NCBI GenBank assembly: GCA_048882325.1
Contig: JBHLRS010000057.1
Span: 1-16,938, forward strand
Source of the DNA: Candidatus Thorarchaeota archaeon
GTDB lineage: Archaea > Asgardarchaeota > Thorarchaeia > Thorarchaeales > Thorarchaeaceae
Direction of reading: 5' to 3'
Length of the DNA stretch: 16,938 nt
The notes under the pieces were generated by a model. It had not been told where the DNA came from, searched no databases, and saw nothing but the letters and a program-made list of their open reading frames with translations. This document shows, piece by piece, positions 7,386 to 16,100 of this stretch (the first letter of the stretch is position 1; every line of letters starts with the position of its first letter). Both the position numbers and the translations under genes were made by a program.

Positions 7386-8123
7386 CTATTTAGTGTGTTG
7401 TGAATCCCTTCTTGCACGGAAGCAGAGAAAAGTTGGAAACTTTGAAGTCTTTTCGTAGGTTTCCGGGTCGGTCTCCCTGAGTTTCTTGCTTGGAAATGCT
7501 TCAACTACATTCTCTATGATGAATCCCGTTTCGACTATGGCTTTTGTCATTGCTGTCAATGGTCGTCTGATTGTTGGGACATCAACTGCTTCGCCAAAAC
7601 CTCTCCAAGTTATTACTAGTCGTTCAGTCAGGAAGTAATTGTCAGTTCCACCAAGATTGAACTTTGTAAAAGGGTGTTCGACAGAGAAGACAAGAACACC
7701 GTTCTCTTTGAGAACTCTGGCAAACTCTCCAAGCAGGTGACGCCAGTCAAGAATGTAATCTGGAACGAGAGGCGAGAGCACGAGGTCAAACGAGTCATCA
7801 TCGAGGAATGTGAGTGGTCTGTCAAGGTTAGCCAGATATACATCAACAGCATCACCAAGTCGCTGTCTAGCGAGTTCCACCATCTTTGGACTGCTATCCA
7901 AAGCAACGACGGAGGCCCCATGCTGAATGAGCCACTCTGAATAGACACCAGGACCACAGCCTGCATCCAAGACACGCAACCCTTTCACGTCAGGAAGTAG
8001 AGATAATGTGGTTGGTCGCTCGATGTATGCGTTGTAGTCCTTTGTGTCGATTAGTTCTGCATAAGCGTCAGCCATCTGCTCATACGCATCATAAGCTATG
8101 GGCTTCCCACCATCTTCGTTCAT
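7386..8123 (-). CDS. Class I SAM-dependent methyltransferase
   Basis: VLDAGCGPG, ALDSSPKM, SFDLVLS, RVLKENGVLVFSVEHPF. Start moved to ATG 8123, which has an AGGTG SD and removes the overlap with the upstream gene. Confidence 0.93.
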   Translation of the reverse strand: MNEDGGKPIAYDAYEQMADAYAELIDTKDYNAYIERPTTLSLLPDVKGLRVLDAGCGPGVYSEWLIQHGASVVALDSSPKMVELARQRLGDAVDVYLANLDRPLTFLDDDSFDLVLSPLVPDYILDWRHLLGEFARVLKENGVLVFSVEHPFTKFNLGGTDNYFLTERLVITWRGFGEAVDVPTIRRPLTAMTKAIVETGFIIENVVEAFPSKKLRETDPETYEKTSKFPTFLCFRARRDSQHTK

Positions 8124-8137
8124 GGCTTTTACACCTA

Positions 8138-8974
8138 TCAACAAGTGATCTCTCGTTTTGATTTGAGCCAACAAAGTATCGTTAATGCAAGTATTATGAT
8201 ATTGACAGCTATAACACCTACTATCAGGTTGGTGATTAAGAGTACTGGAATTGCACAGACAAGTGTGAGAATCTCGAAGGCCAATAGATACTGACTGTAT
8301 ATCTTGATGTATTTGATGTCGCGAATCTCATTCGGAGGGTTCTCGTACTTCTGAAGCTGACAATGCAATCCCCAGGCTCGGTCGAGTGAGTGTGATATGA
8401 CTGAATGATACATCTTCTCCAGACTGAGTCCGAATATGAACAGAGCAATGATTAGTGATGAAAATGTGTCGAGAGGTATACCAATATCAAAGAGTGAGAG
8501 ACTTGGAAGTATCAAGTAAGCACAGAGAACAACAACGGCACTTCCTGTGAGTATAACGAAGTTGACTCGACCAAACCAGGCTGTACCAGGACTGAATATC
8601 TTCCTGTCGTAGAAGAGGGCGACCTCTGGCTCGAGAATGTCTGTGGTCTTCTTAGATATCCTTTCTCTGAGAACATCAATGACCTTCTGATGCCACACAT
8701 ATCCTGTTCGCTGCGTCACTAGAGTAGAGATGGTGCCCAAGCTTGAGGCGAAGGCTACTCCACCAATTACTAGAAAGAGAGGAACAGAGATTGAACTTGA
8801 TTCCTGATCATTTGCTAGTGACACTGCAGAAAAGAGAAGCGCCATCATCACCATGTGGATATTGAAAGCCTGATAGGACTTATCGATTGCATGTCTAAAG
8901 TGATTCCAGTGTTGATTATATTCTGTCTTCAGAGCATCCAGCTCCCAACGAATCATCTTGTTCTCATCCGACAC
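8138..8974 (-). CDS. Hypothetical multi-pass membrane protein
   Basis: About 6 hydrophobic helices and an N-terminal amphipathic helix (LDALKTEYNQHWNHFRH). GTG at 8974 is preferred because AGGTG lies 6 nt upstream; the track start is 8983. Confidence 0.7.
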   Translation of the reverse strand: MSDENKMIRWELDALKTEYNQHWNHFRHAIDKSYQAFNIHMVMMALLFSAVSLANDQESSSISVPLFLVIGGVAFASSLGTISTLVTQRTGYVWHQKVIDVLRERISKKTTDILEPEVALFYDRKIFSPGTAWFGRVNFVILTGSAVVVLCAYLILPSLSLFDIGIPLDTFSSLIIALFIFGLSLEKMYHSVISHSLDRAWGLHCQLQKYENPPNEIRDIKYIKIYSQYLLAFEILTLVCAIPVLLITNLIVGVIAVNIIILALTILCWLKSKREITC

Positions 8975-9004
8975 GAATAGCACCTTCTATTGACCGCTGG
9001 ATCG

Positions 9005-9706
9005 TCATGTAAATAGGTTTCTAGTTACCTTTACCTCTTTGCCCTTGTTAAAACCCTTAAGTTCACCATCGATTGAGGTGATTGCGTATCCACCAAGAAA
9101 CGGAATAGCGAGACCCACATCTTCAGTAAGGTCCAGATAGTTTCTTCTTGTTGCTGCAATCACAATATCATGGGTCACATAGATGTGAAGATCATTCTCT
9201 CCAGCCTTAGAGAATCTACTTTCAATGTGTTTGGATAGTCTCTGAAGATAGGGCTCTATTGGTTCAATGGTTTCACGTGGAATCTTATCTTGTGTCCAAT
9301 GATGGTAGAACTCGTCAAAACCAATCTCATGGGCCAAAGTGACAATCCTCTCAATGTCGCCTCTTCCACCAAGTAACACACCCAGTTCTTCAAGTTCAAT
9401 GGATTCTGATTTCTCTTGAAAACCTCTCATGATTTCCTGAGCAGTTTGGGTAGTTCTGATATGTGGACTGTGAAGGAGAGAGATGCACCATCTATCCGAT
9501 AACCTCTTTCCAAACTCGAAGGCAATCTCATGACCACGTTCTGTGAGCTCTGCTTGTATTGTCGTTGGTACATCAAGGTCCTCGAACCTCTCAGAGTGTC
9601 TCACTATCAAGATAGCTGGACCGGAGGTAAGAGTCCCCAGCCATTGAAGAAGCTCACGAGCCTCAAACAACCATTCTATGTTATTCCATTCATCTTCGGA
9701 TATCAA
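9005..9706 (-). CDS. Histidine phosphatase superfamily protein (PGAM/SixA-like)
   Basis: ILIVRHSER, LTERGHEIA, SPHIRTTQTA and VTHD together give the full catalytic R-H...R...H set. Confidence 0.88.
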   Translation of the reverse strand: MISEDEWNNIEWLFEARELLQWLGTLTSGPAILIVRHSERFEDLDVPTTIQAELTERGHEIAFEFGKRLSDRWCISLLHSPHIRTTQTAQEIMRGFQEKSESIELEELGVLLGGRGDIERIVTLAHEIGFDEFYHHWTQDKIPRETIEPIEPYLQRLSKHIESRFSKAGENDLHIYVTHDIVIAATRRNYLDLTEDVGLAIPFLGGYAITSIDGELKGFNKGKEVKVTRNLFT

Positions 9707-9841
9707 GAGGCAATCTCCTTCGACAACTCTAAAGCATGCGTTCTTTGGGGTCTTATTAACACACGTATAAAACTCACAAACTGTTGGACATACCCAAGAA
9801 GTAATTAAAGCAGAGAAAATTGCATCCTCCAGTGATAATGA

Positions 9842-10297
9842 GTGAGTCTAGTGTCGGAAGTGAAGAGCTGGTTATGGATTCCAGCAATCTGGATTGTTGT
9901 CTATCCTGTGATGCTCCTATTTGGGATCGTTCTTGGAATCATCTTTGATCCCATGTCCTATTGGTTGGCCACGGTGATTGCTGTGCCCCTATTCATTGCC
10001 CCTGTCACCTATAGGAGCTTGGTTGGTGGTGGTTGCAGTCTTCGATTTCAGATCTGTGCTCTTGTCAAGGGCACATTCGCAGGCATTGTCTTTCTCTTCC
10101 TGACTATTATTGCAGATTCTCTCGTTTGGCCGAGTCTCTCCTTCGCTGTCGGTTGGAATCCGACTCTCTTTAGTATCTCTGAACTATTCTATCAAATCTG
10201 GTTCTTTAGCGGAATCATCGGAGGAATCGGAGCGAGAATAGTTGAGGTCAGAGGATACACAACTGGATCAGAAATCACTGTTGCCGGGTTCGAGTGA
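9842..10297 (+). CDS. Hypothetical 4-TM membrane protein
   Basis: Four hydrophobic segments and a central GGGCSLRFQIC. Confidence 0.7.
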   Translation: MSLVSEVKSWLWIPAIWIVVYPVMLLFGIVLGIIFDPMSYWLATVIAVPLFIAPVTYRSLVGGGCSLRFQICALVKGTFAGIVFLFLTIIADSLVWPSLSFAVGWNPTLFSISELFYQIWFFSGIIGGIGARIVEVRGYTTGSEITVAGFE

Positions 10298-10356
10298 TTC
10301 GTTGAAAGTATATGATAAAAGGGACAGTGACTTCCCCTCCTTTGAGGGTTAGTTAG

Positions 10357-11523
10357 TTGGTCATTGCTACAGCAGAGCAGCTCCATTGGAATCAGCTTAG
10401 AAAACAGCATCTTCTTTATGAAAAGCCCTCAGACTTCTATGAGGTTGCAAAAGCGCAGCTAGGTCTTCACTCTACCGACTACTGGACTCCGTATCTATCA
10501 GCATGGTCACGGATTGGAAACTATGATGCAAAGGAAGTCTTCAAGTCCATCGACAATGGCTGCAAACTCGTTCGGACACATGCTTTCAGGACCACTTTGC
10601 ATTTGATACACATCGATAATCTATCACTCATTCTTAGTGCAACTGGACCTGCTCTCTTCAGGGCATATAGGACTGATAAATACAGAAAGATAGACATTAT
10701 GACTGACAAAGAAATTGAGGACATACTCAATCAAGTAAGGTCGGCCCTTGAGGATGGACCTCTTCGAACATCTGAGTTGAAAAAGACAGTTCCGAAGGTG
10801 GGAGAGAATGTTCGGTCTGCCCTTCTGATGCTGATGGCGAAGGGTGAGGTTGTCCGTGCAAAGGCCAATCATGCAAGAAGTAATCTCACGTCATATGCTT
10901 TGTTAGAGAAATGGGTTGAAGGTTTCAAGCTTGAAAATATTGAGGAAGATGAGGCAATAGCTAAGCTAATCAAAAGCCATGTCGAGCGATTTGGACCTGT
11001 TTCAGTGGATGACATTGCTTGGTGGTTAAGACAAACTAAGACTACTGTCAAGACCACTCTAGAGAATTTTGGAGAGGATATTGTTTGCATAGAAGGCTCC
11101 AAATTCATGTTGAAGGAGGACATGAAATCAGCTAGCAGTCTTGTTATTCCAGATGAAGACCTTGTCTGGTTCCTACCATACGAAGATCACTTTCTCAAAG
11201 CATTCATAGATAGAACTGCATTCATTCCAGCGGAGATTCAACCTAAACTCTTCCCTGCAGACAGAAGGCATTTCTGGCCATCTAATCCTGATGCCTACCG
11301 TAAGATGCCAAGTAAGGGAATCAGAGCCACTGGTGAAGTCAGACCATCAATTTGGCTGAAAGGACAAGTTGTTGGGCGATGGGAGATGGATGACGAGGGC
11401 AAATCCAAGAAAGTGGTCACAAGCATTTACTCGAAGACGACAAAACAGCAAAATAAGAGGATAGAACAAGTCAGAAGGCAGCTCGAGGATTTCATCAACT
11501 CAGAATTGGTTCCAATATCCTGA
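10357..11523 (+). CDS. HTH_42 / AlkZ-YcaQ-like winged-helix DNA glycosylase family protein
   Basis: GLHSTDYWTPYLSAWSR, LVRTHAFRTTLHLI, FGPVSVDDIAWW, FLPYED, GQVVGRW. Confidence 0.85.
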   Translation: MVIATAEQLHWNQLRKQHLLYEKPSDFYEVAKAQLGLHSTDYWTPYLSAWSRIGNYDAKEVFKSIDNGCKLVRTHAFRTTLHLIHIDNLSLILSATGPALFRAYRTDKYRKIDIMTDKEIEDILNQVRSALEDGPLRTSELKKTVPKVGENVRSALLMLMAKGEVVRAKANHARSNLTSYALLEKWVEGFKLENIEEDEAIAKLIKSHVERFGPVSVDDIAWWLRQTKTTVKTTLENFGEDIVCIEGSKFMLKEDMKSASSLVIPDEDLVWFLPYEDHFLKAFIDRTAFIPAEIQPKLFPADRRHFWPSNPDAYRKMPSKGIRATGEVRPSIWLKGQVVGRWEMDDEGKSKKVVTSIYSKTTKQQNKRIEQVRRQLEDFINSELVPIS

Positions 11524-11593
11524 GGTATGTAAGCGAGACGCATAAATAGGGAGTTTCCTATGCAACATATTCAACCATCTGGAGTTGACTCGA

Positions 11594-11815
11594 ATGGGAA
11601 AGGGATTAGCGTTACTCGGACTTATCTTGATCATTGTGGGATTGCTCCCAGTAATCCTGCTATTGCTCAACGTATCACTACCAGCGATCACTGACATCTT
11701 CTACATGTTAGGTCTAATTGACCCCATTAACCTGGGAGGCTACATGTTCTCGGATATTATGCTCATTCTTATCGGACTGGGTGTAGTACTCCTGATTGTT
11801 GGTGCTGTAAGGTAG
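11594..11815 (+). CDS. Small hydrophobic membrane protein
   Basis: MGKGLALLGLILIIVGLLPVILLLL...ILIGLGVVLLIVGAVR. GGAG SD upstream of ATG 11594. Confidence 0.7.
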   Translation: MGKGLALLGLILIIVGLLPVILLLLNVSLPAITDIFYMLGLIDPINLGGYMFSDIMLILIGLGVVLLIVGAVR

Positions 11816-11825
11816 TCACCTAGTT

Positions 11826-11864
11826 CAAAAACATAGGAAAACGAGGGGAGAATAAACCCTCCCC
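11826..11864 (-). terminator. GC-rich hairpin with T-tracts downstream of mscL
   Basis: GGGGAG (11845-11850) and CTCCCC (11859-11864). On the minus strand it is followed by TTTTCCTATGTTTTTG. Confidence 0.55.
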
Positions 11865-11890
11865 CGTGACCTATAGTCCAATCTGTCTTT

Positions 11891-12250
11891 CTATTTTATT
11901 CCAATTCGAGTGGCAATCTTGACAATTAAGAAGACCACGAAAGCCACGATGATGAACGTGATCAGACTGTCCAGGACTGGTCCACCCGATAGCACATAGT
12001 CCACGCCTTCTGGCTGAATAGGCGGGTAGACAAATTCAATCAGTGGCATTATTATACTGTTCACTAATGCCTGCACAACCCGACCAATGTATATACCCAA
12101 GATGAAGGCTACTGCGAGTCCAAGGACTTTGTATTGAGATATGAAGTCAACAAACTCATTGATCAGACCCTCAGGAGGATCAGGTGGAGGCTTTGGAGTC
12201 AGTAGCTTCCTTATCTCTCTCAGTTCTTCCAGCATTTCGTCGTTTGACAT
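11891..12250 (-). CDS. mscL: Large-conductance mechanosensitive channel MscL family protein
   Basis: S1 helix INEFVDFI, TM1 VLGLAVAFILGIYIGRVVQALVNSIIMPLI, TM2 LITFIIVAFVVFLIVK. ATG 12250 has a GGGGTGA SD. Confidence 0.9.
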   Translation of the reverse strand: MSNDEMLEELREIRKLLTPKPPPDPPEGLINEFVDFISQYKVLGLAVAFILGIYIGRVVQALVNSIIMPLIEFVYPPIQPEGVDYVLSGGPVLDSLITFIIVAFVVFLIVKIATRIGIK

Positions 12251-12353
12251 AATGTCACCCCTATGATTGTACCAAAAGGAGGTACTTGGCACATTTATGA
12301 TTCTTTCCGACTAGCAAGTAGATTGATAAAAAAAAGAGAGGAATTGTTGGGGC

Positions 12354-12944
12354 ATGAGCTTCTGGTTTTGGGCTTCACTTATCGGATTGGTTCTTGTAAT
12401 CCCTATCTACTTCCTATCGCTTGAGCATGGTAAACTGGATGCTAGGTTTGGGGAGGAAAGAGGATACAAGATTGGAGCGGCTCTTGGAATGGTATCTGGT
12501 TGGGGCTTCTTCATCTTTCTCTTTGGACTTTGGATTTCACCCCAGGAAAGATTTGTGTTCCAAGTATTAGGACTCAATCTCCTAGGCATACCACTTGCAC
12601 ATGTCTTACTGGCAATTGTGTTTCTTCTTCCAGGAGCATATCTTGGAATAGAGGGAGTGACTGAAACTGGACTCAAAGTAGCAGAAACACACAGAGCTGA
12701 GAGAGTGATCTCTTCAGGAGTTTACGCGAGAGTAAGACATCCACAGTATTTAGGAGCGATTCTTTCACACATTGGTGCATCTTTTCTATTTTCGGGCTTG
12801 TACTCTCTACTGGTAACACTTCTGGTGACTCCAGTGACCTATGTATTATGCTGGAAAGAAGAGCAAGAGCTTATTCGAGAATTTGGGGAAGAGTACCTTA
12901 AGTATCGAGAGCGAGTTCCGATGTTACTTCCTCGAATTCGATAA
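12354..12944 (+). CDS. Isoprenylcysteine carboxyl methyltransferase (ICMT/PEMT-like) family membrane protein
   Basis: SGVYARVRHPQYLG and EEQELIREFGEEYLKYRERVPMLLP motifs, with multiple TM helices. Confidence 0.88.
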   Translation: MSFWFWASLIGLVLVIPIYFLSLEHGKLDARFGEERGYKIGAALGMVSGWGFFIFLFGLWISPQERFVFQVLGLNLLGIPLAHVLLAIVFLLPGAYLGIEGVTETGLKVAETHRAERVISSGVYARVRHPQYLGAILSHIGASFLFSGLYSLLVTLLVTPVTYVLCWKEEQELIREFGEEYLKYRERVPMLLPRIR

Positions 12945-13114
12945 TACAGATTTTCTTCATTTTATGTTTGATTTGCTGAATATACTCAGTCTTCCCAAAT
13001 AATGAAACGGAATTCAAACAAGCAATAATAATATCCTATTTTTGAGAGATTTCTCAGCTGAGTGGACTCTCCGATTTCAGAAACGGACTTTCCCTAAGAC
13101 TTGAGGCGATCGAT

Positions 13115-16100
13115 ATGCGACTGAAACAGTACACAATCATAGCATTGATTGGATTCCTTCTTATCCTTGCACATACGGAATTTTCTACACCTTGGACTAC
13201 AAGTCAGACTAACATTGAGGAGGGCCCAGCGTTACAGAATATTAGGGAAGTGGACAACAGAAATTTCAAGATCTCTCAGACAACAAAGGAGGGTGTAATT
13301 GACCCAGTTGAAATCAAAGAAACTGCGTTCCAAACAACAGATCCAGCAAAGGCAAGGACAGATACTGGAGAAAACACTGTCCAGAATATTTCAATTGATG
13401 AGAGTAATGAGTGGTTTGTCAACTATACGAGTGCTGAAGTGTCTAATATCAAGAAACTATATGGAGTCAATGGCACATTCGAAAACGGAGTAGAGCCATG
13501 GACAAATTACACGATAAATGGTGGTTCCAATACACAGATACCCGGCTACGATTCGAGTGGGGAGTACATCACATGTAGGAATGTGGGAAATTACAGAAAA
13601 ATTGCGTCCAACCATCTTTGGGATCATAGTGCAGGTTCAGAGGTTGGATTTGAACAGGTTGTGTATAATCCGGGGGGAGAACTGATCTTCGATTTGAGGT
13701 TGGATTTTCGCTACGTTACCGGACCTATTGATCCTGAGGGTGACAATGGCTTGCCAGGAGTGGTTGGCGTATTCTATCAAATCAATGATAATGGGGGGTC
13801 GTTCTATGAGGGATACTATTATCCAATGGATTTGTATATTGATTCGAGGGATGCATGGTTATCATTAGAGCATGCGTTCACAATTCCGTCACCATGGAGT
13901 CAGTTTTCTTTCGCTGTGGGGTTATATCTTGCTGGTGACATTAGTATTAATAATGTCACAGATTATGATGACGATCCACTTGGAGAGCCAGATGGCACAG
14001 TAAATGCTGAAAATCTAACCATCTATATCGACAATGTTCTGTTTAATGGTAGGACAACACCTTCTTTCGAGAGTGTAGACCTTACTTTTCATGCAGGCGC
14101 TTTTTCAGAGGCAGTCACTGGAAGTGGAGTGGGGACTGCATTGATTTCAAACCCCAGTTTCTGGACGGTTGATCCTCTAGAGGTCCAAATCACATCTAAT
14201 TCGAGTGTAATCTTCACGTATTCTGTCACTGCACTATTTCATCGTTACATAAATTCCTCTTGGACAACAGATCTAAGCAGAACAGGAGTCACATATACTG
14301 TGACTTCAGGACTGAGTTCAGACCTGACCTTCTATACATACATCACCGAACCGAGTGGTTACTACAATGCAACATTTGACATCATCTATCCTCAAGATTG
14401 GGAGAACACGACGGTCTGGGATCCTCTGGCAAATGACATCACAGGATCATGTACGATATCTCCAGGACAACTTCACATACCGACAAGTGAACTGAGTCGA
14501 AGTGGATGGTGGGAGATAAATCTCAACAGCTTCAATTATGCCAAGAACACATCTATTCAAGTGTTTGATGGAGTCTGGTCTGAGAGTTCATTATTCCGAC
14601 CAGGTAATGATACACGTGTACAGGTGGAGATAGGGACATCAAGTGTGACTCCAGCAGGAGGAGATCCAGTTAACATAACCTGGTACCTTCCAGACGAAAC
14701 TCCATGGGCAATGGATTCCATTACAGCAATGGTCAGTGGTTCAGTCACAAGCTCGACTTGGTCATATGGCAGCACAAACACCACAGCTGGGGAATGGACT
14801 ATTGATGTTCTTTGGACAAATGGGACCGAGATTGCTTTTGCATCAATGACCTTTGACCTCTACCACTCAGCCTCAATCGTTGCAACATATCCCACAATTG
14901 AAACAGACTATGGACTGACCATCTCGAACCTCATCACATTCAAAGACGCAGATACCGATGAATATCTTCTAGACGATAGTGTCACTATTGAGGCCAATTG
15001 GTCAAGCACGATTGTTACATTCACACAGAATTACGCAAAGAACTGGTGGGAGGCGGATTTCGATACCTCAACTATTGGAGGAGGAAGACATGTTGTTGTG
15101 GTCACAGCCTCAAGACCATATTTCGATCCAGTATCAACGGAGTTCACCGTTGTATCACTATATGAAACATCTATGACTATCACAAACGCTCCAGGTCTGA
15201 TCGAGAGGGGACTCAATGAGGTGTTCACTGCTCAGATCGACTATGAGTTCCTAAATGGAACTGGTATCCCTGGAGCTTTGCCAATCATCACATTTTCAGG
15301 TCCGGGAGGAGGTCTTTCATGGAATTCGTTCACGGATAATGACAATGGGCATTACTCCATGAATATTGTCTGTGACATAGCTGCGACCTATGAGGTCACT
15401 ATAACCCTTTCAAAGGCATATCACTACAATACCTCTGACTCATTCACACTAATAATCGGTGAAACAGGAACTGAACTTGAAGCTCTGAACGGTACTGCAG
15501 GTGTTGTTAATTATGGCGACAGCTACAGATTGGTAGTTGAATATAGAAACAGCACTGGACATGGCCTCGTTGGTGCAGATCTACAGATTGTTTCAGTAAC
15601 ACCAGCAACTGGATTGACCAATGGAAGTTTCAGTCATGTGTCTGATGGATATTATGAGGTGACCTTAACTCCCACTGTAACTGGTACCTACTCGGTCGTG
15701 ATTAGAGCAAGTCTATTTAACCATGAAACTCAGTATATCACCTTCACACTTACGGGTGTGGTCATCCCAACGATTCTCACTTCCATTCCATCGAGTGCAA
15801 CCGTCGCTGTGAATGAAACATACACTGTACAGCTGTTATTCCAGGACACCAGTCTTAATCCAATCAGCTTAGCAAACATCTCGGTCATAGATCCACCCAG
15901 CGGCATCTCAATATCAGCTGCAAGTCCTGTAGGAGGCGGACTGTTTAACATCACACTATACTCATCAGAGATAGACGTATACAATCTCCTCTTCAGAGCT
16001 TCTGCAACGAACTACCAGAGCTCCATTGTAGGATTCACTCTCTCAGTCACTGCATTACAAACAACTTTGGATATCACAAATGCAGGTTCAATACCGATTG

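Noticed and set aside
8138-8974. Membrane protein considered as a SLATT/Pycsar-like defence effector
   Set aside because: Only a vague architectural resemblance, and no cyclase or nucleotidyltransferase nearby.
12354-12944. ICMT-like gene as evidence of eukaryote-type protein prenylation
   Set aside because: ICMT-family homologs are widespread in prokaryotes, and no prenyltransferase or CAAX substrate is evident here.
13035-13085. Short palindromes (CTCAGCTGAG; TGAGA-gatt-TCTCA) upstream of the surface-protein gene
   Set aside because: Too short to separate from chance.
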